A DNA stretch of 64,000 nucleotides from a virus, in the IMG/VR virus record IMGVR_UViG_3300045988_050969; one strand, written 5' to 3'. Positions 47,040 to 56,132 of the stretch are shown here, one piece after another. Under the pieces are notes generated by a model. The model saw only the letters and a list, made by a program, of their open reading frames with translations, ran no database searches and had not been told where the DNA came from. A program made the translations under genes and the position numbers. How positions within the stretch are numbered: position 1 is the first letter of the stretch; every line of letters begins with the position of its first letter.

Positions 47040-47675
47040 TTAATATCTAACGTAGCGAACTGCTTTGCCACGTCCATATTCTGAATAAGGTTCGTACTCT
47101 TTTTCTCTTTCGAGCATACGTTCATAATCGTCTTCATAGTCTCTAGCTCTGCTAGTAGAATATACTCTACGACCACCACGCATCATACCACCTCTTCTAC
47201 CACCTCTACGGAATAAGCCTATGCGTTCAAATTCGTCGTCATCATCATCTTCGTATTTTTCACGCTTTTCAACTTCTTCCTCATAGCATTCCATTTCAGC
47301 TTGTCTGATCTTATCACACATAACGTAAATATAGTAATACCACATCTTACCTTCATCAATGTCTTTGTCATTGATCCAAGCTTTTGCCAATTCAACAAAA
47401 TGTTTAGTGCTATTAGAATTAGTCATACTTATAATTACCTTATAGTAATCAGAATAAACCATGTTAAGTGCTACGAACCAATCATAACGATTAAATCTGC
47501 TACCCAGATTTATTCCGTATTGACTAGCTAATGCGGTAGTTTCTTCTACAGACCAATGTGGTCCACGAGTACCATCCTCATTTTCCATTTTACTTACAGC
47601 TTTACGGGCATGTTCCTCATTGAAGTGAGGACCGTGTTCTGCTTCGTAAGCCTTTACACGAAATATTCTATGCAT
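47040..47675 (-). CDS. hypothetical protein with acidic and RGG-rich C-terminus (211 aa, no TAG)
   Basis: Intact in the standard code, locally higher G+C, TAA stop. Confidence 0.65.
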   Translation of the reverse strand: MHRIFRVKAYEAEHGPHFNEEHARKAVSKMENEDGTRGPHWSVEETTALASQYGINLGSRFNRYDWFVALNMVYSDYYKVIISMTNSNSTKHFVELAKAWINDKDIDEGKMWYYYIYVMCDKIRQAEMECYEEEVEKREKYEDDDDDEFERIGLFRRGGRRGGMMRGGRRVYSTSRARDYEDDYERMLEREKEYEPYSEYGRGKAVRYVRY

Positions 47676-47708
47676 ATTATTATTGATTAATATTATTGAA
47701 TATATTGA

Positions 47709-48350
47709 TTATTGTTTAGGTAACTCGATTACACGAGTATCAGTTACCTTGATTATTGGGTTACTGTTAACTATCTGATATTTTTTGGTACGTATACGTT
47801 TCCAATCAAAGTGCCAGAACCTAACCCAGCCATTCTTATACTTATTACGATATTCTTTCTTTTCTTCTACAAACAGAATCTGTTGATTCTTAATATCTAA
47901 TGTGGCTTTAAGGATTGAGTCCTTCCTACTAACTATGATAGTTGTTAATGGATTAATTTTAAGTTCTTCGTCAAAATCTATTAACTTGTGTTTTATAATA
48001 GTTCTGACTGAATCTTTAATCTCAGTATTGATTACATTTATATTAGTTAGGTTCTTGTCTTTGATTTTGAGCTTTTTCTAAGCATCCTTGGTTTCTTTTA
48101 ATAAACTATCATTACTAGTATTTAGTTCTTCTATAGTAAGCTATAACACTCTGTTTAACTATTCTTTCTAGGATGCTAATTGCTCGTAAGCTCTAACATT
48201 GTTAGTTATTCTGTCAATCTCTTTATTCTTCTTTTGTAGCTAATGGTTCTAAACAAAAACAGTCGCAATAAGTAAACTAACTAAACCTACTGCGACTGCT
48301 CTGAAATTCCTTGTAAACCAATTAACTAACTAATTCAGTATTGGAATCAT
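47709..48350 (-). CDS. membrane-anchored coiled-coil protein, i-spanin-like (213 aa, about 8 in-frame TAG)
   Basis: ATG 48350 overlaps the holin-like gene's 3' end by 29 nt. N-terminal TM AVAVGLVSLLIATVFV is followed by K/E/L-rich coiled coil. TAA stop at 47709. Confidence 0.4.
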
Positions 48351-48831
48351 CTGGTAATTCTTTATCTAATGATATATCTAAATATTTCTCTCCTTTTGCT
48401 TTTATAACCTTTTTGAGGATTTTCCATATTTTCCATTTAGGATATAAGTCGCTAAATGATTCTAGTAACGACCAAAACTCAACTAAGGCTATCATTCCTG
48501 CTACTATTTCTACAGCGTGCAAGTTAATAGAGGTTACTACCAGCTAATCTATTATTGATGCACTAGTTATTGCTACTGCTGCATCTCTAGTCTTCCATAT
48601 AGTTTTCCATGCTTTATGTGATTCAATCTTAGGATGCCCATATTTTTTAGAGACTTTATAACCATAGATAGCATCAAGTAGTATCAATATACCGACAGCA
48701 GTGATAGGAACCCATACAGGTGCGAATATAGAAAGTAGCCCAGTTATAACAGAAGCTACGCATTTATTCGCACTACTGAACATGTTCTTAAATATTGACA
48801 TAGTATGTTCTCCTAATTGTTGGTAATTCAT
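48322..48831 (-). CDS. holin-like three-TM membrane protein (169 aa, 1 in-frame TAG)
   Basis: Fragments 48544..48831 and 48322..48522 are joined in phase by TAG 48544. Hydrophobic segments VASVITGLLSIFAPVWVPITAVGILILL and AVEIVAGMIALVEFWSLLES. Charged C-terminus. Confidence 0.5.
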
Positions 48832-48844
48832 AGATAGTAGCTGA

Positions 48845-48901
48845 TAATAAAAATCAAATAAGCCCTGACAGATTAAAAGGGGAGTAAAATCTGAGAGGGC
48901 T
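48845..48901 (-). terminator. hairpin plus U-rich tail downstream of the RT gene
   Basis: AGCCCT/AGGGCT (48861-66 / 48896-901) and CAGATT/AATCTG (48869-74 / 48888-93) with a 2x2 internal loop. The minus strand then reads TATTTGATTTTTATTAT. Confidence 0.5.
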
Positions 48902-48945
48902 CGAAATTCCGTTTGAGATTATAATTATATAACGATAAGGTTTAT

Positions 48946-49968
48946 TTAAGGTTTCCGTTTTGAAAATCTTCTTGCATAAACTAATAGCTCTTTATAGCGT
49001 AATATTTTCTTTAGTAAGTTGATGCCATTACAATGTTTAAGCCAACCTATATGACTACACATTTCTTGTTTGTAATCTTCTACTGTAATGTTTTTCTTTC
49101 TGCCTAATCTAGCAGCTTTCCTACACATGCTACGCTTAATATTTTTTCTTACTAAAGTATAGTCATGCCTTATTACATAACCTACAAAAGATATACCTCT
49201 GTCTTCTACTTTAAATATCTAATAGTTATCTTTGAAAGTTAATTTTAAAGTATCTAAATACTATTTCATTTCTTCAAACAGTTCTCGTAAATACTCTTTA
49301 TCCTTATGTAGTATTACTATATCATCTGCATATCTGAAGTAATATTTAACCTATTTATCTTCTTTAAGCCAGTGGTCAAAGTAAGTAAGATACAGATTAG
49401 CAAAGAACTAAGATAAGTAATTACCAATAGGTACACCTTCTGCTGAATCTATTATCTCATCTAATAGCTATAATAACTTCTAATCCTTTATCTTCTTTCT
49501 TATTATGCTCTTTAATACTTCATGGTCTATACTAGGATAGAACTTTCTGATATCTAACTTAAGACAATAAGTAGTATTATCTACATCTTTTAAAGCTTCT
49601 TTAACATTATGTAATGCTTCGTGAATACCTCTGTGTTTAATGCAACTATAAGTATCTTTAATAAAGATAGATACCCATATAGGTTCCATTATATTCATTA
49701 CAGCATGATGTACTATTCTATCTGGATAATAAGGTAATCTAAATATTAATCTTTCTTTAGGTTCTCTAATTATAAATGTATTATATTCAGAAGTTTTATA
49801 CGTACCGTTAATTAAATTCTGCTATAGTTTTTTAAGTAATTCTTCTTTATTCTAGTCAAACTCTTTGATATCTTTTCTACTAGATTTATTTCTTCTAGCT
49901 TTCTTATCTGCTAAATATAAATTGTCTAAGCTAACAATCTTATCGAATAAATTATTATATCTCTTCAT
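48946..49968 (-). CDS. DGR-type reverse transcriptase (340 aa, 8 in-frame TAG)
   Basis: RT motifs DIRKFYPSIDH, IGNYLS(TAG)FFANLYL and YADD (49321-49332). In-frame TAGs start at 49852, 49822, 49480, 49468, 49408, 49351, 49261 and 49219. TAA stop at 48946. Confidence 0.85.
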
Positions 49969-50105
49969 AAATAATATTTTCTGAAATACCTTCACGCATC
50001 TTCACTTTCGTTACCAATGCGTTCAAGAAGCATGTCATATTTTACCAAGAGGTAAGGTTCAGCCCTTGATTTTTTGTCAGTTTATAATTTTTTTTACGTA
50101 TTTCA

Positions 50106-50201
50106 GTGTCCTGACATTAGCATTGGAATTGTCTAACTCATTGTTAGAATTCAAATTGAACAAACCTGCATTAGACTCATTGTCTGAGTTACTGCTGATT
50201 T
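50106..50201 (-). repeat. DGR template repeat (TR)
   Basis: 96 nt aligning without gaps to 50344-50439 (offset 238). It carries 35 adenines on the minus strand and 10 AAY codons in the VR reading frame. Confidence 0.85.
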
Positions 50202-50230
50202 ACTCACGACTGCAACCTTTTATTGGTTAA

Positions 50231-52792
50231 TTAAAACCAGTTTTCTTCAGATTCTATAGAATCCAATTGTTCATAATCCTCATCATTTAACTCTAATGTA
50301 GCTGGAGCAGCTGGCAATGCCGGTTCACCATAGAAGGTAATTCGAGTCCCGACACCAGCATCGGAATGGCCCAACCCAGAGTTAGAATCCAAAGAGAACA
50401 AACCCGCAGTAGACCCATTGCCCGAGCAACCGCCGATCAGAAGCGTCCTAGGTGTAGCTGTAGCACTAGTCCAGTGATAATCACAATAATAAGTTGTAGC
50501 ACTAGCTCCATTTCCTACTACAGTTGGGAATAGATCTGCCTAATTATTATTAACGAGTTTTTTTACATATTGACCAGTAATTGTACTTTCTTTAAAGTCT
50601 TGTAATTCATAACCTGCTGCAATTAATTGCTCTGCAGTAGGATTAGTTCCTCCTTCAAATGTACCAAACTTAGTATAATCTTTGCAGATGTATACACTAT
50701 TATCAGTACCAGCAACTACTACATCAATTACATTCTTCCACACATGACCAAATGGATTCTCAATACCACGGTATCTAGGAACATTAACTACCTTAGTACC
50801 AGTAGACGTACCCTCTGCATTAGTATTAGTATGTGTATATTCGATTATACCAGTACCATTACCTAATGAATTAGTAGTACCGCAAGGTACAAATGAATAA
50901 GTAGTAGCTCCATTTACAGTTACAGTTCCTGAAGTTACTCCATCACCCAAACCACCTTGATGATAACCTTCTGCAGTTAAATTAGCATTAAATGCTTTCT
51001 GACTATTCAATGTAGCATATTCTACTACGAATAACCAAGTAAGGTCTCTGTGAGCATCATAAGTATAAATATTCCAGTTGTTAGTTCTATTGTTATTTCT
51101 AGCCATAGTCTGGAATTCTGTTCTAGTTTTGCTTATTATAGGAGCAGTATTACGAACTTGAGTTCTTAATGAATTATTATGACTTGAACTATCTAGATTT
51201 ACACTTCCCTCGTATGCACCGATATATTTCTTCTCTACTTTAGTGTAACCAGGAAGATTGTATTCACTCATACGGATTTCAACTGTATTATCTGGAGTAG
51301 CTATAAGTAATCTATAATGTTCTGGAATTTCTACAAAAGCTTCTACACCAACCCCACTACTATCTTGAGATGAGGTAGTACCGTCTTCCCACTTAGTCCA
51401 GTCGTTTGCTTTTAAGTATTTCTTAGTATTATCCGTATTGCTGATAGTACACCCTCTCATCTTACTCTGGATAGGAAGTGTTTTATGCATTTCCATATTA
51501 CCAGTACGTACACCATCAGGACTAGAGCTATTAGCTAAGTCAAACTTAACTCCATACCACAGTTCATTTTCATTTCTACTAAGCTTACCAATCTCTTCAT
51601 CAAGAGTAACAGCTGCACTTATAGCACTAGGACTATCAGCTAAGTAATTAGTACTTGATAAGTCAGGCATTTCATTAGCTTCAGTTAAACCTACCTTATC
51701 ATTTACTTTAAGTATAGTACTTCTAAGCTCTGTAATATCTTGATTTAAAGCTGTCTCTAAACTGTCAATATTGCCTTGAAGTTCTGTATCCTTAGCTTTG
51801 AGTTCTTTCACTGCATTCTCTCTTGCAACCTTTTCATCATTAATTGCATCAGGAAGAGTTTCATTAATGGCTAACTTTTCAGCACCAGTCATTAAACCAG
51901 CAACAGTATTAGTAGCAGGAGTAATAGTAATATTAGATAAAGTAGACTGTACATATTTACCGCCGCTCTTTTCTACTCCAGTAAGACTGATAGTAATGTT
52001 ATTAACATCTGTCTGATCTAACTGGAATGTACTTAATAAATTATCTGGCATAGAGTTAACTACATTCTCCATAGCTTTACCCTTACCGCCATCATAAGCA
52101 GTACCAGTAATATCGCCAATGATAATGGCATTAGAATCAATGTGTACCCATTGTGAACCAGACCATCTAAATTGATAGCTTACTTCACCAGGAGTTACAT
52201 TAACATATATTTTATCTCTTTCACCTACTATAGGAGTTTCGTGTTCAGCATCTGCATATAACTGTATATTCTAAAGTACTCCAGTAGGAGATACAGTATA
52301 AGTAGCATATGCATCCATCACATCATCAACATATGAAGGCAATTGACTAGCAGGTACTTTACCATTACCATCAAGTTCAGCAAGACCATTAGGTTGACCT
52401 TTTAATGCTTTGAAGTCCTGTAAGTCTTCATTCACATCATCAATCTTAGTATCCAGTCTATCTACTTGAGCTTTTACAGCAGCATCACCTTTATTAATAG
52501 CATCTACTATACTAGTACCTTTAAAGTAGTTATTACTACTATTATCAGGTAAAGATATAATATCACTATTCTTATCATAGTTTAAACCAACAGATTGTAC
52601 AATCTCTTTAATATGAGTCCATTGGTCTACATTAGCATCTCTGTTTAACGGTATCCACTTCTTAAGATCAGGACTATATGACTTAATAACATTACCAGTA
52701 CTATCTGTTGCTAAGTCAATCCAGTAAGAAACCTCTTTAGGATTTGGAGCATACTTAGATGCTATGAAATTAGGATTTTCTTGTTTAACCAT
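50231..52792 (-). CDS. tail fibre / receptor-binding protein, DGR target (853 aa, 2 in-frame TAG)
   Basis: Fragments 52271..52792 and 50540..52072 share a phase and read through TAG 50540 to TAA 50231. Fibre motif LAELDGNGKVPASQLPSYVDDV. The C-terminus ...YYCDYHW...LLIGGCSGNGSTAGLFSLDSNSGLGHSDAGVGTR contains the VR. Confidence 0.75.
50344..50439 (-). repeat. DGR variable repeat (VR) inside the tail-fibre C-terminus
   Basis: 25 mismatches to the TR, all at TR adenine positions (minus strand). There are no mismatches at the 61 non-adenine positions. Confidence 0.85.
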
Positions 52793-52890
52793 ATTTGCAA
52801 ATATTTAATAATTAAATAATCTCCTGTTCTGGAGTATCGTATTCTTTCTATCTCGTATATTCATCATTGAAATATACAATATTGTTTTCA

Positions 52891-53985
52891 TTATGTTATT
52901 GGATTTAATGCTACAACTTGACCAGCTTCAGTCTTATCAAAGTAATTAACTACAGCAAATTCCTCATCTGCTGCCTAACCGTCTCTACTGCTTACATAAC
53001 TCCTAATAAACTGCTGACCTCTCTTTTCACTATTACCTGCTACGTATCCGTATCGAAATGCAGTATCTATAGTAGGATGATATATGGTTCCGTCTTCATT
53101 CATAGCGATTACTTTAATCTATCCTTCTTCAGCCATAGTATTAGTATTAAGACACCTAACAGAACCTGTTATTATATTCCCATCTATGTTTGTCTAATTA
53201 TTCCATGTCTTATACTACTTACCGTTGAATGTAACATAACCATTAACCGAAGTACTTAAAGTGCCTTTAAACGTAAAATCTCTTTGTATAGTTAGATTGG
53301 GCATACCTTCCACACTATCGTCTACAGGATTAATTTTATAATATCTATTAGTATTTGTTCCATCCACGTGTATGACCGTTTCTCCAACCCATATTTTATT
53401 AGGCATACCTTCTTCATACACCCAACCATCTTTATCAGCGAATACAAATGATTGACCTGTTACTCCCATATCACTACCCTTCATTTGATACGCTTTTACT
53501 ATAACTCCTCCTTTATAAGCAGTACATTCAACAGTCACAATACCGTCATTTTTATTTCCAAACCAGTTTCCTCTAAGCTATACAATTAACTATTCCGGCA
53601 TAGTTAAACTAGGATCATTAGTATATACATCTTGTATGGATTTAATGTCTACCATTACACACTCTGCTCCAGATTGAGTGTTATCGCCTCCCCAGTATAA
53701 AAACGGTTGAGTTCTATTTTCAGACGAACCCCAATTCCATCCTACTATTTCACTAGGGATACTAGGAGCGTTAGTGATGTTAGTACCGGTATCAAAATCT
53801 CTACCGTTAGAATCAGTCCATATGAATCTCAACTATATACTATTGAAATCATAGAAGTAAGCTACATCATCCCTAGTAGGCCATATGTGACTCTAACCAT
53901 CAAATACATCAGATATATTAGTATTGCCTACGGTTCTCTTTTGTAGGGGAACTGCTCGTCCCCCTGCTATACCTAACTCTAACAT
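52891..53985 (-). CDS. tail-fibre-associated structural protein (364 aa, TAG as sense)
   Basis: ATG 53985 overlaps the upstream TAA (TAATG). Fragments 53590 and 53215 share a phase. TAA stop at 52891. Confidence 0.55.
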
Positions 53986-54605
53986 TATTCACTCTCCTCA
54001 TCAATAATATTATAAGTCATACCTGCTACTTTAGTAAGCTGATTATATTCAGCTTCAGTACCAGTCCATATAGGTAATGATATCTTACCATTATTAGCAC
54101 TAGGTAACGCTAAAACAACGCCAGTACCTTTGTTCATTGCCTGTTGTACTGGATCTAATACAGATATCTTATTCTCACGAATCAGTTTATTTATTAACTG
54201 AGTAATGTACTCTTCATCAAGCAGCTCACCAACATTACCAAGATTATTTTCAATACTAGTAATCTTATTGTTAATGCTAGTTATGTTCTGCTCAATATCA
54301 TTTATACTAGATTCAAGATTAGTAATTCTATTATTAACAGTAGTTATCTTACTATCTAAGTTATTTATCTTATTAGTAAGTTCTGATATACTTTGGTTAA
54401 CTTCATTCTTGAAATCCCCTACTGAAGATTCTATAGTAGCATCTATATAGTCTTTAATTCTATCATCATTAATTACTAAATCAACAATCTAGTTTATAGG
54501 AGCTTTATAGTTATGTTCCTTTTCAGCTACAACCATGTATTCACTACCTTCAAGATTGCGCTTAGGATCTAGCTCCAATATCTTTATGCCATCACATTTA
54601 TTCAT
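53985..54605 (-). CDS. coiled-coil fibre protein (206 aa, 1 in-frame TAG)
   Basis: Heptad-like N/I/L-rich repeats (NKINNLDSKITTVNNRITNLESSINDIEQNITSINNKITSIENNL). ATG 54605, TAA 53985. Confidence 0.55.
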
Positions 54606-54610
54606 AACTA

Positions 54611-55516
54611 TTACTCTTTAAAGAATCCACTAGGAGCACTTACTTTATTAAATACTACACTATCAGTAGTAGCTAATGATAATTGAGCTCTAGTAACTAC
54701 ATGAGGATTATCTCTTCTAGCTGCATGGGTATCAATAGCATTTTGTGCATTAGTAATCAATTGTTTAAGCTCATTAATTTGGGATTGCAGATTATTATCT
54801 GCATTAGTTCTATTTTCAATCTCTTGATTAATTAACTCAGTAAGATCGGTAACTTTACTATCTACGTAAGTCTTAAGTTCATTCTTAGCCTTAGTAATCT
54901 CACTATTTATATAGCTTCTTAAATCACCAATCTATTGGTCTATTTTACTATCTAACTCTTGTATATTCTGAGTTAATTCAGTAATCTTTTGTTGAATAGA
55001 ACTTAAATCCCCACCTATTACTTCAGTTATATCTTGACGTATCTCTTCAATATTAGAATTGATATTAGTAATATCTTGATTTATATCATCAATGTTATTA
55101 TTGATATCTGTAATATCCTACTTGATATTATTAACATCACCTTTGATGTCATTAATCTCATTTCTAATATTACTAATCTAAGTAGTTAACTCTTCTACTT
55201 TCTGATTAATATACTACCACAGTTTATTAACTTCCTCTTTCAGTTCATCTTTAAATTCAGCTAATTCATTTCTGATTTCAGTTATAGCTTCATTAATAAA
55301 CTGTTCTATCTAATCAAGAGCTCTATTAATATAATCAATGATAGCATCTACTTGCTTATCATTCAGATCTAGCATCTCCCATGTATTAGTATCATTACGA
55401 TAATACCTAATACAACCACCATAGTAATTAGATGTAACGTCAATCCAATAATCTACTTCTAGAGGATTAGGCTACGTATCTGATGCTCTAAATCTAACTA
55501 TCTCTCTCTGTAACAT
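54611..55516 (-). CDS. coiled-coil fibre protein (301 aa, TAG as sense)
   Basis: N-terminal PNPLEVDYWIDV, shared with the DGR target's PNPKEVSYWIDL. Long N/I/D-rich coiled coil. ATG 55516, TAA 54611. Confidence 0.55.
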
Positions 55517-55519
55517 ATA

Positions 55520-55966
55520 TTATGCTTTAAATGTTGTTATTTTGTCTTCTGTACCATCATCATATACATCGATATGAACCCAGTTACACTATTCCTCTAA
55601 ACGTACTTTACATGGCAACAATAAAGGTTTAGCCTTTATTATCTCTCTTATTTCTTCTGCAGTCTTATCGTCACAAGTAAAATCAATGGCGTTACCTGTA
55701 ATGTGAGCACTAACATATACTCCTTTCTTACTCTTTACTAAAGGGCACAGGTTACAACGCATACCTCTTTGATGCATATTACCAATATTAATATGCATTG
55801 GCATTCGTAAAATATCAGTACGTAGACATAGTAATACATGTAGTAACTAAGTACTTAAGAACATCCACGACTATTCTCCAAATCTACTATATATGTGATT
55901 ACATACTAATTCCTTTACGTTAAAGTAAGGCTTAAGCTGTTTAATTATTTCTTCTCTCGGCATCAT
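55520..55966 (-). CDS. peptidase M15-family endolysin (148 aa, 3 in-frame TAG)
   Basis: Zn-ligand pattern SAHITGNAIDF (HxxxxxxD) plus C-terminal WVHIDV. Size is typical of phage M15 peptidoglycan peptidases. Confidence 0.7.
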
Positions 55967-56132
55967 TGTTATTTGCAATTAGAGCCTCACCAACTAGATT
56001 GGCTGCTACGTTCATACCAAATTGTTTAGTATCGTTATCTATCTCACTTACCTTCACGTTGATTTGAAGGAGCAGAAGATATATCTGCTCCAACAATTCT
56101 CTATCTGTCATATGTGCTAAGTATGGATTCAT
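55941..56132 (-). CDS. small hypothetical protein (63 aa) overlapping the endolysin start
   Basis: Intact ORF. Its ATG overlaps the upstream TAA (TAATG). TAA stop. Function unknown. Confidence 0.4.
   Translation of the reverse strand: MNPYLAHMTDRELLEQIYLLLLQINVKVSEIDNDTKQFGMNVAANLVGEALIANNNDAERRNN

Larger units (their letters stand above)
48946..50439 (-). mobile_element. diversity-generating retroelement cassette (VR - TR - RT, minus-strand order)
   Basis: VR at the 3' end of the fibre gene. TR begins 30 nt after its stop codon. The RT gene starts 137 nt after the TR. No Avd-like ORF was seen. Confidence 0.85.

Noticed and set aside
50202-50343. An Avd accessory gene between the VR and the TR
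   Set aside because: The interval is filled by the last 36 or so codons of the fibre gene and a 30-nt spacer. No ORF of about 100 residues lies between the VR and the RT on the minus strand.
50341-50352. TTCGAGTCC T-loop-like sequence suggesting a tRNA near 50.34 kb
   Set aside because: No acceptor, D or anticodon arms can be drawn around it. It lies inside the VR coding sequence of the fibre gene.
54200-55350. Highly repetitive AT-rich DNA considered as a tandem-repeat or CRISPR-like array
   Set aside because: The periodicity is imperfect and in frame. It encodes heptad-like N/I/L/D coiled coils of fibre proteins. There are no conserved direct repeats separated by unique spacers.
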